This document shows positions 42,193 to 55,031 of a stretch of 64,000 nucleotides of DNA, in pieces. Source of the stretch: Nageia nagi (Eukaryota; Plantae; Pinophyta); NCBI GenBank assembly GCA_050084985.1, contig JBITNC010000002.1:10168001-10232000 (forward strand), given 5' to 3'. The notes below the pieces were generated by a model. That model was not told the DNA's origin, ran no database searches, and worked only from the letters and a program-made list of their open reading frames with translations. Position 1 is the stretch's first letter. Each line of letters starts with the position of its first letter. The translations under genes and the position numbers were made by a program.

Positions 42193-42344
42193 TCCACGTC
42201 AGCGTATACGCGTCCTAGATATATCCATTCAGACACGCAAAATTCCAAACCTACCATTCAAAACTCACCTGCTAAAAAGATGGGATGCTTTATACCTTAG
42301 TGTCGAAGTCACCTACACCACATCCTACGGATCTCTCTATAAAT
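42193..42344 (+). promoter_or_regulatory. UGT proximal promoter: ACGT motif, AC element, TATA box
   Basis: CCACGTCA at 42193-42200, ACCTACC (AC-I) at 42249-42255, ACCTAC at 42311, and TATAAAT at 42338-42344, about 50 bp before the ATG. Confidence 0.6.
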
Positions 42345-42391
42345 CCCAATTGCCCTTCTTTTTTACTTCATCTAAAAGAAATCTGCAAAAC

Positions 42392-43987
42392 ATGGCACAA
42401 CATACCGATGCCCCTCACATTATGGTGGTGCCCTTCAACGGGCAGGGCCACGTCTTCCCCTGCGTCGAGCTCTGCAAACGAGTAGCCACCCGAGCCGTCG
42501 CAGTCACCATTGTGGCCGACCCTTCTATCTCCGCCTCCTTGCAGCAAACCGCCAGAGAGGTCCGTGAACATTCGGGCCTCAATATCTCCGTCCTAGAATT
42601 ACCGCACCCGGCGGATGAAGAAGAAGAAGAAGAAGAACACCCGGCACCCGATTCGCAACACCCGGCGACCGAAGAAGGACACCCGGCACCCGACGCCCAA
42701 CATCCGGAGTCGTTCATGGACCGGGAGGCTGAGCGCATGGAAGAGATACTCAAGAACTTGCCCACGCGCCCAGTGTGCGTAATCGCGGACGTAATGGTCC
42801 CCTGGGCGGCGGCGGCGTGCCAGAAAGCGAGTCTCCCGGTGGCGTCGTTCTTCACGTCGGGCGCCTGCTCTCTGGCGTTCGAGCACGCCATATGGAAATA
42901 CAGATCACAGGTCGAAAAGGAGAAAAAACCCTTTGCCGTGCCCGGGTTTCCCCCATCCATGACCGTGGATCCGTCCGACACCCACCACGGTCCACCGCCG
43001 GGCGGACCCGCAGGTGGTGGTCCTCCTCCACATGGCAGACACCCGGGCGATCGGCGAGGTGGACCACGAGGTAGAGGTCCGCCAAGGGGGCGTGGTCCGC
43101 CTCCGCCTGGGGGACGTCGTCCGCCGCCGCCACCACCAGGAGGCCACGGTTCCAATCCACCGTGGATGAACGAGATGAAGACAAGCATAGCGGTCCTGGT
43201 GAACACCTCTCGGGTACTGGAGGCACCGTTCCTGGACTACGTGGCTAAAGAGATCGACAAACCGTCGTGGGCGGTGGGTCCGCTCCTGCCCTCATCTTTC
43301 TGGGAGGGATCGTCGTCAGCAACTCACGACAGCACCGTCCGTGGCACCCGAGAGAGCAACGTGGACGAGGATCGTTGCCTGGCGTGGCTCGACGAACGGG
43401 CACCCCGGTCCGTAGTCTACGTTTCCTTCGGCAGCGAGGTCGGTCCGTCGGATGAGGAGATAACGGAGCTCGCTCTGGGCCTAGAGGCAGCGGAAAAGCC
43501 CTTTATTTTGGTTTTACGGGACGAGTACGGGGCTGATTTGCCCGAGGGGTTCGAGCAACGGGTGGAAGGGCGTGGCCTCGTGATCCGCGGTTGGGCACCG
43601 CAGCTTCTGATTCTGTCCCACGCGGCCACCGGAGGGTTTTTGTCGCACTGCGGTTGGAATTCGACGGTGGAGTGTTTGGGCCACGGTGTACCGCTGGTGG
43701 CGTGGCCCATAAGAGGAGATCAGCACTACAATGCGAAGCTGTTGGTGAATGAGCTTGCGGTTGCAGTCATGGTGGGCGGGGATGCAGAGAGTGGGATGGT
43801 GAGGAGGGAGAGTGTGGTGAAGGGAGTGAAATTGTTGATGGAAAGTGAGAAAGGGAAGGAAATGAGGGAGAAGGCGAAGGAGATCGAAGGCCTACTGAGG
43901 TCTGGCAGAGAGGAGTCTTTGAAAGAGGTGGATGCATTTGTGGACTATATATTGCATTTGGCCAAGGACGAAGCACAGGCTATTTGA
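42392..43987 (+). CDS. Family-1 UDP-glycosyltransferase, UGT95-like, 531 aa, intronless
   Basis: VVPFNGQGH (catalytic His) and VIAD. Complete 44-aa PSPG box WAPQ...HCGWNS...WPIRGDQ at 43592-43723. FFTSGACS, SFGSEVGP, WPIRGDQ and the Pro/Gly loop ending PPW match my recollection of UGT95 proteins. The ATG follows the TATA box in AAACATGG context. Confidence 0.95.
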   Translation: MAQHTDAPHIMVVPFNGQGHVFPCVELCKRVATRAVAVTIVADPSISASLQQTAREVREHSGLNISVLELPHPADEEEEEEEHPAPDSQHPATEEGHPAPDAQHPESFMDREAERMEEILKNLPTRPVCVIADVMVPWAAAACQKASLPVASFFTSGACSLAFEHAIWKYRSQVEKEKKPFAVPGFPPSMTVDPSDTHHGPPPGGPAGGGPPPHGRHPGDRRGGPRGRGPPRGRGPPPPGGRRPPPPPPGGHGSNPPWMNEMKTSIAVLVNTSRVLEAPFLDYVAKEIDKPSWAVGPLLPSSFWEGSSSATHDSTVRGTRESNVDEDRCLAWLDERAPRSVVYVSFGSEVGPSDEEITELALGLEAAEKPFILVLRDEYGADLPEGFEQRVEGRGLVIRGWAPQLLILSHAATGGFLSHCGWNSTVECLGHGVPLVAWPIRGDQHYNAKLLVNELAVAVMVGGDAESGMVRRESVVKGVKLLMESEKGKEMREKAKEIEGLLRSGREESLKEVDAFVDYILHLAKDEAQAI

Positions 43988-45299
43988 TGGGGACAAAGAT
44001 CTTGTGGGTTTGCATGGTTATGTTCTCCAATCGTTACGAGGGTTGTTGTATATTTGTCTATTCCTATAACGTATTTGGTATTTGGTTTAGGAGTTAGTAC
44101 ATCATATCATTAATTGTTGTGTATTAAAATATTAATTTTTATAAATTTTTGTGTTAATAAGTAAAATATAAGTAATTATTTTAAATATATTATTGGTAGG
44201 GAAATAATTTAATAGTGGTGCATTTTAATATTACGTCGAAACATTTAAATTTTTTATAGCTTCTTTTTCATTTAGGTGTTTATTTATAATTAAAATTTTG
44301 AATCGTCATCATCAAATTTGATAGGTTAATTAGATATGTGATTTAACATTATTGGTGTAGTGTAATTGATGATGAGTTATCATTCACATTTATGAGTATG
44401 ATTTTAGAAAAATGTTTTTTGGATAGTTTGTACGATGATGTATAATTAATCTATCATATTTGATGTTAACAACTCAAAATTTTAGGTATTAGCAGATAAC
44501 TAAGCAAGGAAGAAGTTATAAAAAATTAAATGTTTTAACAACAAAGGAAGTAGGAGACAAAAAACACACCTTTGTTAGATCGTATCTTCCTTAAGGACGG
44601 GTAAAGGATACAAAATACATCATACAAGTCAAGTATCAGCACGATAAAAAGCACCTTAGTTAACCATTAAAACATTAAGGTTTATTGAACAAAATAAAGT
44701 ATGCATTTAAATAAAGAAATGCTTAAGTTCACTTTTGTGTTGTTTCCTCCGCAAATCTCATCCTTTCATTGGATAAGGCAAGATCGAATGCATCATGGTA
44801 TGTAATTAAGTTTTCTCGAGAGAGACATTAACCTACCAAATACTTCTCATTAATGTCTTGAGTGTCACATTCCTTATTAGGGTTGGGTAGCAAAGGTATA
44901 AAAGGGTGGGAAGAGCTTGCATCATGCGCATTAAAGGGTTTGGATGAATTAGTGTCATGACCATTAAATTGGTAACGTGTCAACGGAGATTGATGCCACG
45001 ATCGATCATACAATAGTTGTTGTCGTGATGATTGTGATCATCAATAAGATTGGGATCAAGCATGCATACCTCGAGGATGATTAATAAGGGAATTATTTAG
45101 AGGCATGTGACTAATCGTGCAAGGTGCATTCCCTTAAACTCCAATATTCCATCATTTCTATTAAATGCTCTATTTTCATCTTAATCTTTTTAGTTTGATC
45201 ATAGATCTACAACCGTACATCATAAAATATTTTCAATATTTTATTCCTAACTTTCCAAATTTAAAAAAAAAAAGGTTGACATGAAAAATTGATCAAACT

Positions 45300-48200
45300 T
45301 CCTGTAAAGGAAGGGAAAATGTGATTGAATCTCTTAGTAAAGCATGATGCCATGTAATAGGCATAGAGACATAAGGATCAAAGAAGGATATCACCCATCT
45401 CTAGGTAAGCACAAAATGATTACAAGACCAAAAAGAATGAAGGCAAGTTCTAGTTCTTGACAGAAAAGATAACTAGGGTTTGGGATGCCTAGATGCTTTA
45501 GTCAAGAACCAAGGGGAATTCCTTGATACAAAATACTTTAGAAAAAAAATTGTTTCTTTGGTTCCAAATAAGGGGCCCAGGTTGCATGGAATCTGACTTT
45601 CCAATGAGAATTAGTGAATATTAAATCCCACTTTACATGAAGCATAACAACTGTGGAAAAAGCAGGCGTAAGTCAATTATAACCATGATGGGATTTGTAA
45701 TGGTGTAAAGGAATATTGCCATGCCAAGTCTAATCCTTCCACCATGGCCCTTGACTTTAAGCTCCAATTTTACACCAAATAGAGAAAGGAACATTGTCAA
45801 TCATAGCATCATAAGTACTTTTGTTTGCATTGTTCAAGCAAAACATGCATTTGAAATAGGATTTCATCTTTTGTTTGATGTGAATAAAAATTTACAATTT
45901 TGGCTACTCTACATCTAAAAAATTGCTACGTATAAATCCAAGGAGTTTTAGACAAGGGAAATTGATTGACTTGAATAACAAAAGACCACCACATGTTAAG
46001 CGTGTTAAAAGAAAACCCATTATGGCCTCAAGCATCTTTCCAAGTAATCCATGGGCTAAGTTGTTGCCAAGTTTTCTAAATGCATCTAATCATGGAGGAA
46101 CCTAGAATTTTAATGAAAACTAGAGAAAGCAGCAAAGAAGGAAAGTCCATTCCTTTCCAAACTTCACGATTGAGCGAAAGACCTGAAAAAAATAAGATGT
46201 TTGATAAGGACTTTCTAGAATTTCGTTCCTTTTAATGCTTTAAGAATCCACTTAGCACAAAGGGCTAAACCTTAGTTTTTATAGTCAATCATTCCCATGT
46301 CTCCAATAGAATGTGGGAGACAACAAGCAGTCTAGGCTACTTTGTGAAATCCTTTTTTATTTGATGTGGAAGACCATAAAAAATCATAGAGAAGCTTTTC
46401 CAATTTGTTGTAACATACCTGGGAAGGAATCCAACAAAACGAATAATAAATATGGGTAGACTAAAGCACTGGAGCAAATTTGAAATTTACCAACCAATGA
46501 GAGTTTTTTTATGACCCAATATTCAAGTTTTTTATCCACTTTGGAAATGAAATATTTCCAAAGTTGAGGAGGAGACCCTTGAAAGGCAAACAGAATGCCA
46601 AGAAATTTGAAAAATTATCCCGACATAATCTAGTGCCAGTGGTACCTTTCAAGCTAACTAGGTTGAGGCAAAACAGATTGTTTGTAACAAGATGTTTTCC
46701 TCCATTTGATACTAAATCCATATGCTTGACAAAAAGTATTTAGGCATTGAAAATTAGATTGTGTACCACAAATGTTCACGAAAATCTCCTGCTGAAAAAC
46801 ATGAGTTGGGATCGAAAAGACCCAATTTATTTTTCATAAAGTACCAAGCATGTCGTTCTCCAAAAGCCCACTTGTTGGAGTTCTGACTCAGCTTATCAAT
46901 TGATTTTTCAACCATGTTGAAATCTCCACACATTAGTCACACAAAAGGAGCTAAAGACAAAGCACACCATTTCCAAAGTTCACATTTATCTTGTACCTTG
47001 GTGGAGGCATAAACATTAATAATTCCAAAAGACGTCCCATCTATTTAGAGCGGAACCCAAACTAGATGCTAAGATGGGTCAATGCCTTGTGTAACATAAT
47101 TATCTTTCCACTTCATATCAACCAAAATAACTGCTCCCCCACTGCCATGCGGGGGTTGGTGTAATACATTTAGCTAGTAGGCCAAATCGTAGAACATGTA
47201 GTTTGCAAAGTGAAATTTGGAGCTTTCACTTCTTGTAGACAAACAAAATCAGGACACCCATAAAGGCATGAACACAATTGTAACTCTTTCATGATTGCAT
47301 AACGTTGGACTAGGTTCGTCAACCCTCTTACATTCCAAGATTAAAAAAAATGATTCAAACAAATCGAGTTGTATAACTCCGCTAGCATCATCAACCCCAA
47401 CCTCGTGTGTCAAAAGTATAAAAGAGTTAGCCATCAAAGGCTTTGAATCTGTATGGGAGGAATTGATATGATGTCGCTTATCTAAATGAACATATTGGTT
47501 ACATAATAAAGGGCTACAGGATCTCCGACCACCTCTCTCTCCTCCACTTGCATATCCTCTTTATGTTGTTTCCAACTCTTATGTGAGTGACACAACCAAC
47601 AAAAGGGTACTATTTGCAGCAATATCTGTAACTTCCCTCTCCTTAGATACCTCCATCACAACCAGATTGGGTATGAGGACCTAAGGGGGAGGTGTGACAG
47701 TAGCTATTTGAGCATAGCTAACAAGCATTGAACCATACTCACATTCTTCCCTTTACCTTTTTTACGATGAACCTCTTGCCATTCCCCCTGACCAACAAGG
47801 TGGTTGATGGTATGGTTGCTAGGGGTTGGTGTCGAGAAGGCTACAACAGTCGTCTTAGCTTTAAATATGTTTTCAATTAAAGGGCATTCCTTAATCTTGT
47901 GAGATTGGGATTGGAATTTGAAATAAGAATTTGGGAGAGTGACATACACCACTCATTGAAAATTTTGAATGGATCGAATCTAAATATCAATGTACTCCTT
48001 CAATGACTTGGTAAGGTCCTGAACACACATACATTGGGGCAGGCGAGAAGCCATAAAATGGGTTAGTTCATCATAGACAAACTCCACTAGGAGACTCACC
48101 AAATTTTTCATATATGGCCATAGGCTTAAAAGGAGATCTAGGAATTCCACCTAGAAAGGCACAACCAAATTCACATAGTTAACAATCGAGAAATTTTGGC

Positions 48201-48670
48201 TCCAAAGCTGAAAAACTAGGAGGGTACTATTAACATAGCTCGGGCCCTTGCTCAAAACTTTTTTAGCATGTTCAAGCTGGGCAAATTGAAAATCAAAAAA
48301 AAATGGACAAGTTTTGAACATGGTCAACTTGAATACCATGGGATTTCATATATTGGTCTATCCAAACTTTGAGGTTAGACTTAGAGGGGATACATGCAAG
48401 AAAATAATCTATAAGAGTATTGCTCTCAAGCCAAGCACATTACTGTTAAACTCAAGCAAAGGAATAACAATATCAGGGTCAAAATTACCTTGCAAAATAC
48501 CTTCGATACAAACTTGTGTGGTTCTTTGGGTATCACTTCTCCTGCCATTAGCTTCAGATGAAGCTACAAAGGGATTAGTCGCCATTAAAAAAGACCTATA
48601 GGCACACTAAGCTACGCATCCCGCACACATCGTAAAGAGGAAGCAATACGACAACAACAACAATAACTTC
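45300..48670 (-). mobile_element. Degenerate L1-clade LINE with RT core deleted
   Basis: ORF1 from about 48585 has a DUF4283-like segment (VLSKGPS...LW) and a decayed zinc knuckle (HKIKECP). Endonuclease motifs SWNVRGL, VCLQEVK, INVYA and GDFN are followed almost directly by post-RT motifs (VA*TACCLP...GDMGMID; IWNQRN). Confidence 0.85.
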
Positions 48671-50009
48671 AATTTGACTCTTTTTTTTCTTAGAAACTTG
48701 CAAAGCAAAAAACCCTTTGATCCTCTCCAAACCCATCAATAATTTTGATCTCCTTCCTCAAACATAATTTTATCCCTCTATGAGCTAATAAACTATATAA
48801 ATATTTACATTGTTTTGAAAAAAAATGTATATGTGAGGAATAAGTATAAAGCTTATCCCATACAAGTCTCCCATGTTACGATGAAAAGGAATTAGTAGGA
48901 TTTAAATCATATAGTTAAGATAAATTCATATTGGATGAGGTAAATGTTTTATTTCATAAGTTATTGGTTGTCTTCCAAATTTGTTACAAAATTCACACAT
49001 TTATTCTCTCTAAAAATAATTGAAGTTTAAATATTTAAAATACAATAATCAATTTTACCTTTAAGAATAGACTCAATAGATCATGTGTGTTATTTCTTGT
49101 TTTAATTCAATTGATACTAAGTATATCATTATTTTTATAAATTCAAAATTAGAAGTAGCATACCATATTTTATCTTTTTCATAGAAGTTGGTTTATTCTT
49201 TATTGAAAGCAAATCTCTAAAATGATATATATTATATAATTATAAACTAATAAAATTCTATAAGTACTTTGTAATTGCTCAACAAATTTATTTTACGCAT
49301 CAATATCTTAATAGAGGTTGGCTAAAAGAATCTAATAAGTGGTTTAATTTTTAGGGTATACATAATAATATAACTCCTTAAAATAATAGTAAATTAAAAT
49401 TACAAATTGCAAAAAAAAGAAGTAATTGAAATGTTTTGAAGCTATGATAGTATCAAGAATAAAAGAAAACTAGCTTGCCATAAAAATAACATCAATCCAA
49501 AACTTGAAAATATATTTGTTGTGATTCTAGTACAAAAATTAATTTTAAATAATTGCAAGATTTGGATTGATGGCTCTTGTGAATGGGATTTCAATCCACT
49601 CACATTGATATTGTATTTTGTTGTGTGATTATCAATTTCATACACATGAAACCAGTAAGTATAACAAAGAGAACAATATAATACAACATACAATTGACAA
49701 AAGGTAAATTAGAGACAACATGAAAATAGTAAACAAAGAGACATGAAAAGATAAGAAGAGATCTTCTTAACATCAGTATCGCAAGATTCTTCAAAGGAGC
49801 AACTTCATATGCAACAATAATTCAATACAATACCATATAATATTACGATACACAACACCTCATAATAGTCTATGACATACCTATGCCACATCACAATATT
49901 CTATGAAACTTGTCGCATCATAATATTCTATCTCCTACCTACACCACATCACAATATGAGTCATCATTACATGGGTCCATGGTGGAGGTGTGACATTATC
50001 CTATCAATA

Positions 50010-50782
50010 TAAGATTATCAATCAAAAAAAGGAAGTCATAATCGCACAATAAATAACTAATTCACATGAACTGCATAGTGAACAAGTAGATGGATTATAC
50101 CTAAAACACAATGGTAAGTTATGTAACCTAAATGCCATAGAAGATAAGAGTCATTTTTTCATTATTTAACCGTTTTAAAGGTATGAGACAAACCTATAAT
50201 AATATTTGTAATTACAACTTGAACCATGAATTTTTAAATCAAGATAACCAAAACAAGCTTAACAAGTTTATCATGAATCTTAAAAGTTATTTGTTGAAAG
50301 GCTTTGGTAAGTGGATCAATTTTAGTGACAGATTAGAAATGCAAATTGTAAATAAACTAATTCAAAAATTTTGGAATGGTGACAACATCAAAGACAAAAC
50401 AAAACTATGTTACTATAAAAATATTATTAATCCAAAACTTGAACACCTTTCATATCCACATAAGATTATTAATTTCAAAAAGAAATTTATGATTGCAAAA
50501 TTTAGAACTAATACACATGAACTCCATAGCGAAATTGGTAGATGGACAATACCAAAAACATCTTGGTATAAAAGAATTTGTAAATTTTGTAATCTAAATG
50601 TCATAAAAGATGAAACTCATTTTCTCTTTTTTTACCTACTCTACAAAAACATAAAAGAAAATTACAAAGATATTTGTAGTTACAACTTAATCCACAAATT
50701 CTTGAACCAAGATAATCAAAATAAACTTGACAATTTTATTATACTACTTAATTATATGAGAAATAATCATTCAAATACTTAA
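50010..50782 (+). mobile_element. Tandemly duplicated 3' fragment of a non-LTR retroelement (RTE-X-like)
   Basis: AKFRTNTHELHSEIGRW...RICKFC...DETHFLF resembles the C-terminal R-x-S-x-H-x-L-x-x-E-x-GR / CxxC...EDExH motif. 50030-50280 is a decayed copy of about 50480-50740. Confidence 0.65.
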
Positions 50783-51556
50783 TTGATATATTTTCTTTTC
50801 TTTTTAATTGATATATTTTCTTTTCTTTTCTACATAAATTTTGATAAATCCTACAAACCTATAAATTTAAAAAAATGATGCCAAACATTTTATATCATAT
50901 ATACATAAATAATATATATTTATCTTTGAATAAATTTTAATAGATATAATAAACCATAAATTTTAAAGAAATCTTAAAAAACATATTCATCATTCATAAT
51001 CTTCTTTAATCCACAAACTTCTTTCATTTCGACCCCTCAAAATACTCCTCTTTCATAGACCATATGCTTTTGCCTTATTTATTTTTTTTGCCCAATCTAA
51101 GTACCAAATAAACTAAATTTTCTCCATTATTATTTCTGATAATACTATTAACTCTTACATAATCAAGATTCCTTTGAATCGCACAATTAAATTTCAATGT
51201 AATATAACCTTGTTTAGATGGCTTCACTTCATGTTTTTCTTTCTTTTTATTGATCTTCGTCCCATTAATGATATATATACTAAACTTTTATAAATTTAAA
51301 TTACACCCTCAAAAGATTAGCCATATTGAATTTAATATTTTACTTCATATTTTATGTTTTATCAAACGAGTTCTTTTTCAGAAAGAAAACAGTGGGTTAC
51401 AAAGGTAAAACAAATTGAGAAAGGACGAAGTACTGGTTATTTACTACGGCTGGATAATGTTAAGTTTTGAGATTTCACTTTGAAAATTTATACTACTTTC
51501 AAATCAAGTAATGTTAATGACAAGTGAAAAAATGACTTGTTATGAAATCTGTACAA

Positions 51557-51751
51557 ATTGGTCATAAAGCATATGCTTGTTTATGTAATACATTCTCTAC
51601 TGTAGCAAAAACATTATCAATGTTCAAGCGAATAGTAGTTCATAGATGATAATTGGTCATAAAGAACACGCTTTTTTCTGCAATACATTCTTCACTGTAG
51701 CAGAAAACATTATCAATGTTCAAGTGAATAGGAGTTCATAGATGATAATTG
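51557..51751. repeat. ~94-bp tandem duplication
   Basis: aattggtcataaag...aacattatcaatgttcaag.gaatag.agttcatagatgat x2. Confidence 0.9.
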
Positions 51752-52850
51752 AGACTAGGCAGTATGTATAGGAAAATAGATTGAGGAATTCTGAGTGTCG
51801 GAAGAAAGCAAAGAAGAATAAATAAGTCTGAATCTTACAAATGATGCCCCAGTGTCTATTATAGATTAATTAAACTGCACAGTAGAAAAGTAAACAAATA
51901 TCAAACATTATAGTCTCATTAACTAAAATTAATGTCTGTTTGTAAACTCATCTCCAAGAATGGTGGTGGAATCCTCCAATCAGAGAAACACTGTATCAAG
52001 CAAGTAATTCACTCTAATGTATCCATTCATAAAATGCATATGGAATATATCAAAGACTCTGATAGTTAAAAAATTTAAATGGTTCAACTTCCTACAATCA
52101 AAAGAAATTAGATCTACAACTGACATGGTGTTGCCAATGCATGCTCTGGTGTGAGCTGAAAATTGTAAAAAGCAAATCTATAGAAGACCGATGTTAGATA
52201 ATTGGTGCACACTATAGGAGTTGGATCAACTTTGATCTTGATTTGTAGTTTTGCTACAGCTACACTTGACAGAAACTATCACGACAAACATTGGAGAGGA
52301 ATATCACAAAGATTGGGTGACACCATGGTTGCAAAAGGTGCAGATCATAAAAAAATAATTGGCACAAGAATTTGAAGTGAGAACTTTGGCATAGCAAATG
52401 GCATCATTAACACATCAACTTTGTACTGATGTGTAGTTTTGGTGGAGCTGAACTTGACACAAACTGTTGAAGCTAAAATTGATAAGGATTATCACAAAAA
52501 TTTCTACACCAAATTTTTGTGCCAATGTACTATTACTACTACAAAATTAACAGTGTGGAAATTTTATAGCATGCTAACTAAAATGATCATTTCAAATGAA
52601 CACAATAAATTGGATATCAATGTAATTGGGAATCAAAAATTAAATGTAGAAGAAATAAATATTCTCATCCACAAGTTTTCAAGCCAAACCAGTCATTTTT
52701 TGAGAAGCTTGTAAATATGACAAGAAAGAAGATGACAACTCACTTTTTCTTGGTAATGAATATGCTGGATGGAATCAGATATATTCATGTTTAACTTTCC
52801 TAGCTGATGCAATTAAACATAGAGTCTGTGGAGTAAACAAATTCCTTGTA

Positions 52851-53002
52851 CTACAATTTGCTTTTGGGAGTGTTGTCTGTTTGTCTGGACTTCGCCTCAA
52901 CAACTCTAGAGATTGATCGGATAGCATCTTTAGGCAAAAACCGAGGTTTACTTAACCAAAGTCCACCATCAACAACAAGAACCCCACCATTGACATACTT
53001 GC
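52851..53002 (-). CDS. DECR2: Peroxisomal 2,4-dienoyl-CoA reductase (SDR family), last exon
   Basis: CAG acceptor at 53003-53005; translates (G)KYVNGGVLVVDGGLWLSKPRFLPKDAIRSISRVVEAKSRQTDNTPKSKL*, ending in the PTS1 signal SKL. It is not in the ORF track. Confidence 0.92.
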
Positions 53003-55031
53003 CTGGACAATTGACACAACATTTTTGTGTGAGTTAATATACTGATAAATTCAATCAATTCACTAAACATGTAACAAGAAAAATAATCATATTAACATGG
53101 TGAGAAGTGCGGAGTAAGGACTCGTGACCAAAATACGCACAAGATAAGTGCGACATAAAAGAAGTTGGTCTACATAATTAATTTGATAAATAATGAATAA
53201 GATCTTCAAGACAAACATGGATAAGATTATGCTCTGGTATTCCTAACATATTTAACATTGTTTGGACATCCAGGTAAATGCTTCTCTCCTCAACCAACTA
53301 TCAATGCAATCCAAACATAAACTGATGTACAGAAATCACTAGTGTGAAGTACCTTTGACAACAGACAACTAGGCAGGTTGCACAAATTATGCAGATTAAA
53401 AAATAGTATCAGCTCAGGGGTACTCAGAGGACTGGTTTGTTTGTTTTCTAGACATAGAAACTCCTTTCCACAAATGAGGTCTTTGTTTGAAGTACTTGAA
53501 GAGGTGAAATGGAACAGAATCTTTAACTATATGAGAAAAGACTTGTATGATTAGTGATACATACTTTGTTTATGCCTTACACTTCAAAAAGCAATAGGGG
53601 GTTACTGATCCTGAAATCTGATGGCAAAGGCAATTCCAATCCATCTCTTTTGATGGTTAGCACTTCAAGGTTTTACAGAAAACCCAAGGTTATATAGTGA
53701 TTGCATTTCAAACCATTATTGTATTATGAGGGAAAGAGGAAACAGTTGTGTGTGTCTTTCATGGTTGTCCTTAAAGGTTTCGGACATACAGGATGGATTC
53801 AACTTCCTGTTCGTCGCCACTCTATTGGTGAATTTTGCTTATAGGAGACTCTTGAAAGATCAAGGATTGTTAAAAATACTTTATGGCATACAACATGGTT
53901 GTTCACCATTTGTTTCCTGTAGAAGACAATATTTAAGGCCCATTTTCATGAAGATGCTTCCCCTCTCAGATTGGGAAATTGAGCATGTTTATGTTTGATT
54001 TAGCTTTAGTTGTCAAGGCTAAGTTTGCATGGTTCAGTAAAAAAGTCAACTGTCGTTAACTAAGGCTCATGCTCAGGTGCTTACTTTAATATTCTGAAGC
54101 TCGTGCTCAAGGGTTTTAGAGGATATTTTTTGCAATATTCTCAAGCAAGTTCTTTATAATTAATATATTTTTCTCATGAGTTACAATTTTGTGTTAAAAT
54201 GTAATATAAGATAAAATAAAATTAACAATATTTATTCAGAACAATCATTTAATGGATTGCTTCCCCCTCTGGGCACAAAGGAAAGACCTTCCTTATAATA
54301 CTGTATTCCAATGATATAATCTTCCTTGTCCTTGATGTATACTTCTTCAAAAGAAAAAACTAGGAATAGTCCATAATTACATCAACAACTTACTGGATTA
54401 TGTATACTTCAATTTGTGCTTTCTAATAGAATCTTGGCTAGTTGTATTAGGATTAGACTGTGTATTGGTTATTGCAAGAAGAAAAATTCAGACAATGTCC
54501 CAAGAGGGGCACTCAAAAATCAATCTATAATTACAAAAACAATCTTATGCATGCAAATGTGAAGGTAGTTTTATAACATTTAATAAACAATAAGGCAATA
54601 AGTCATCTCCAACTATAACATGAATTTAGTAATTATTAGGAGTCATCTACAATTATTACATGAATGCTACTGATTATTAATAAAAATTCTTGCAATGCTG
54701 TGGTCCATGGCCTTTTGTTGTATGGAAAATTTAAATCTACTGCTACAAGGTATACAATGTATAATTCTAGCCTTTTCTAATCAGTCAACGTTTTTATACT
54801 ATCTTCATGGTCTAAGATCTGTGAAAAAGTTTGGTAATAGAGATCATGCATTCCTGTCTTATAGCAGTTGATCATACTCAAAATTCTGCATCTATAGTGA
54901 TTGATTAAGCCCAAAATTTCACGTCTGATTCAAACATATTCAATCTATTATAGAAAGGAAGAAAAGATATAGCACAAATCTACTTAGTTTTCATTTCTAG
55001 ATCTCGATATCTGGGTTGGACAGAGACTTAC

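Noticed and set aside
42152-42391. 80-aa N-terminal extension of the UGT in the ORF track
   Set aside because: It lies upstream of and across the TATA box. UGT homology starts at MAQHTD (42392).
42415-43976. Antisense and alternate-frame ORFs over the UGT (e.g. 263 aa at 42415-43206)
   Set aside because: Expected shadow ORFs of a GC-rich, stop-poor coding region.
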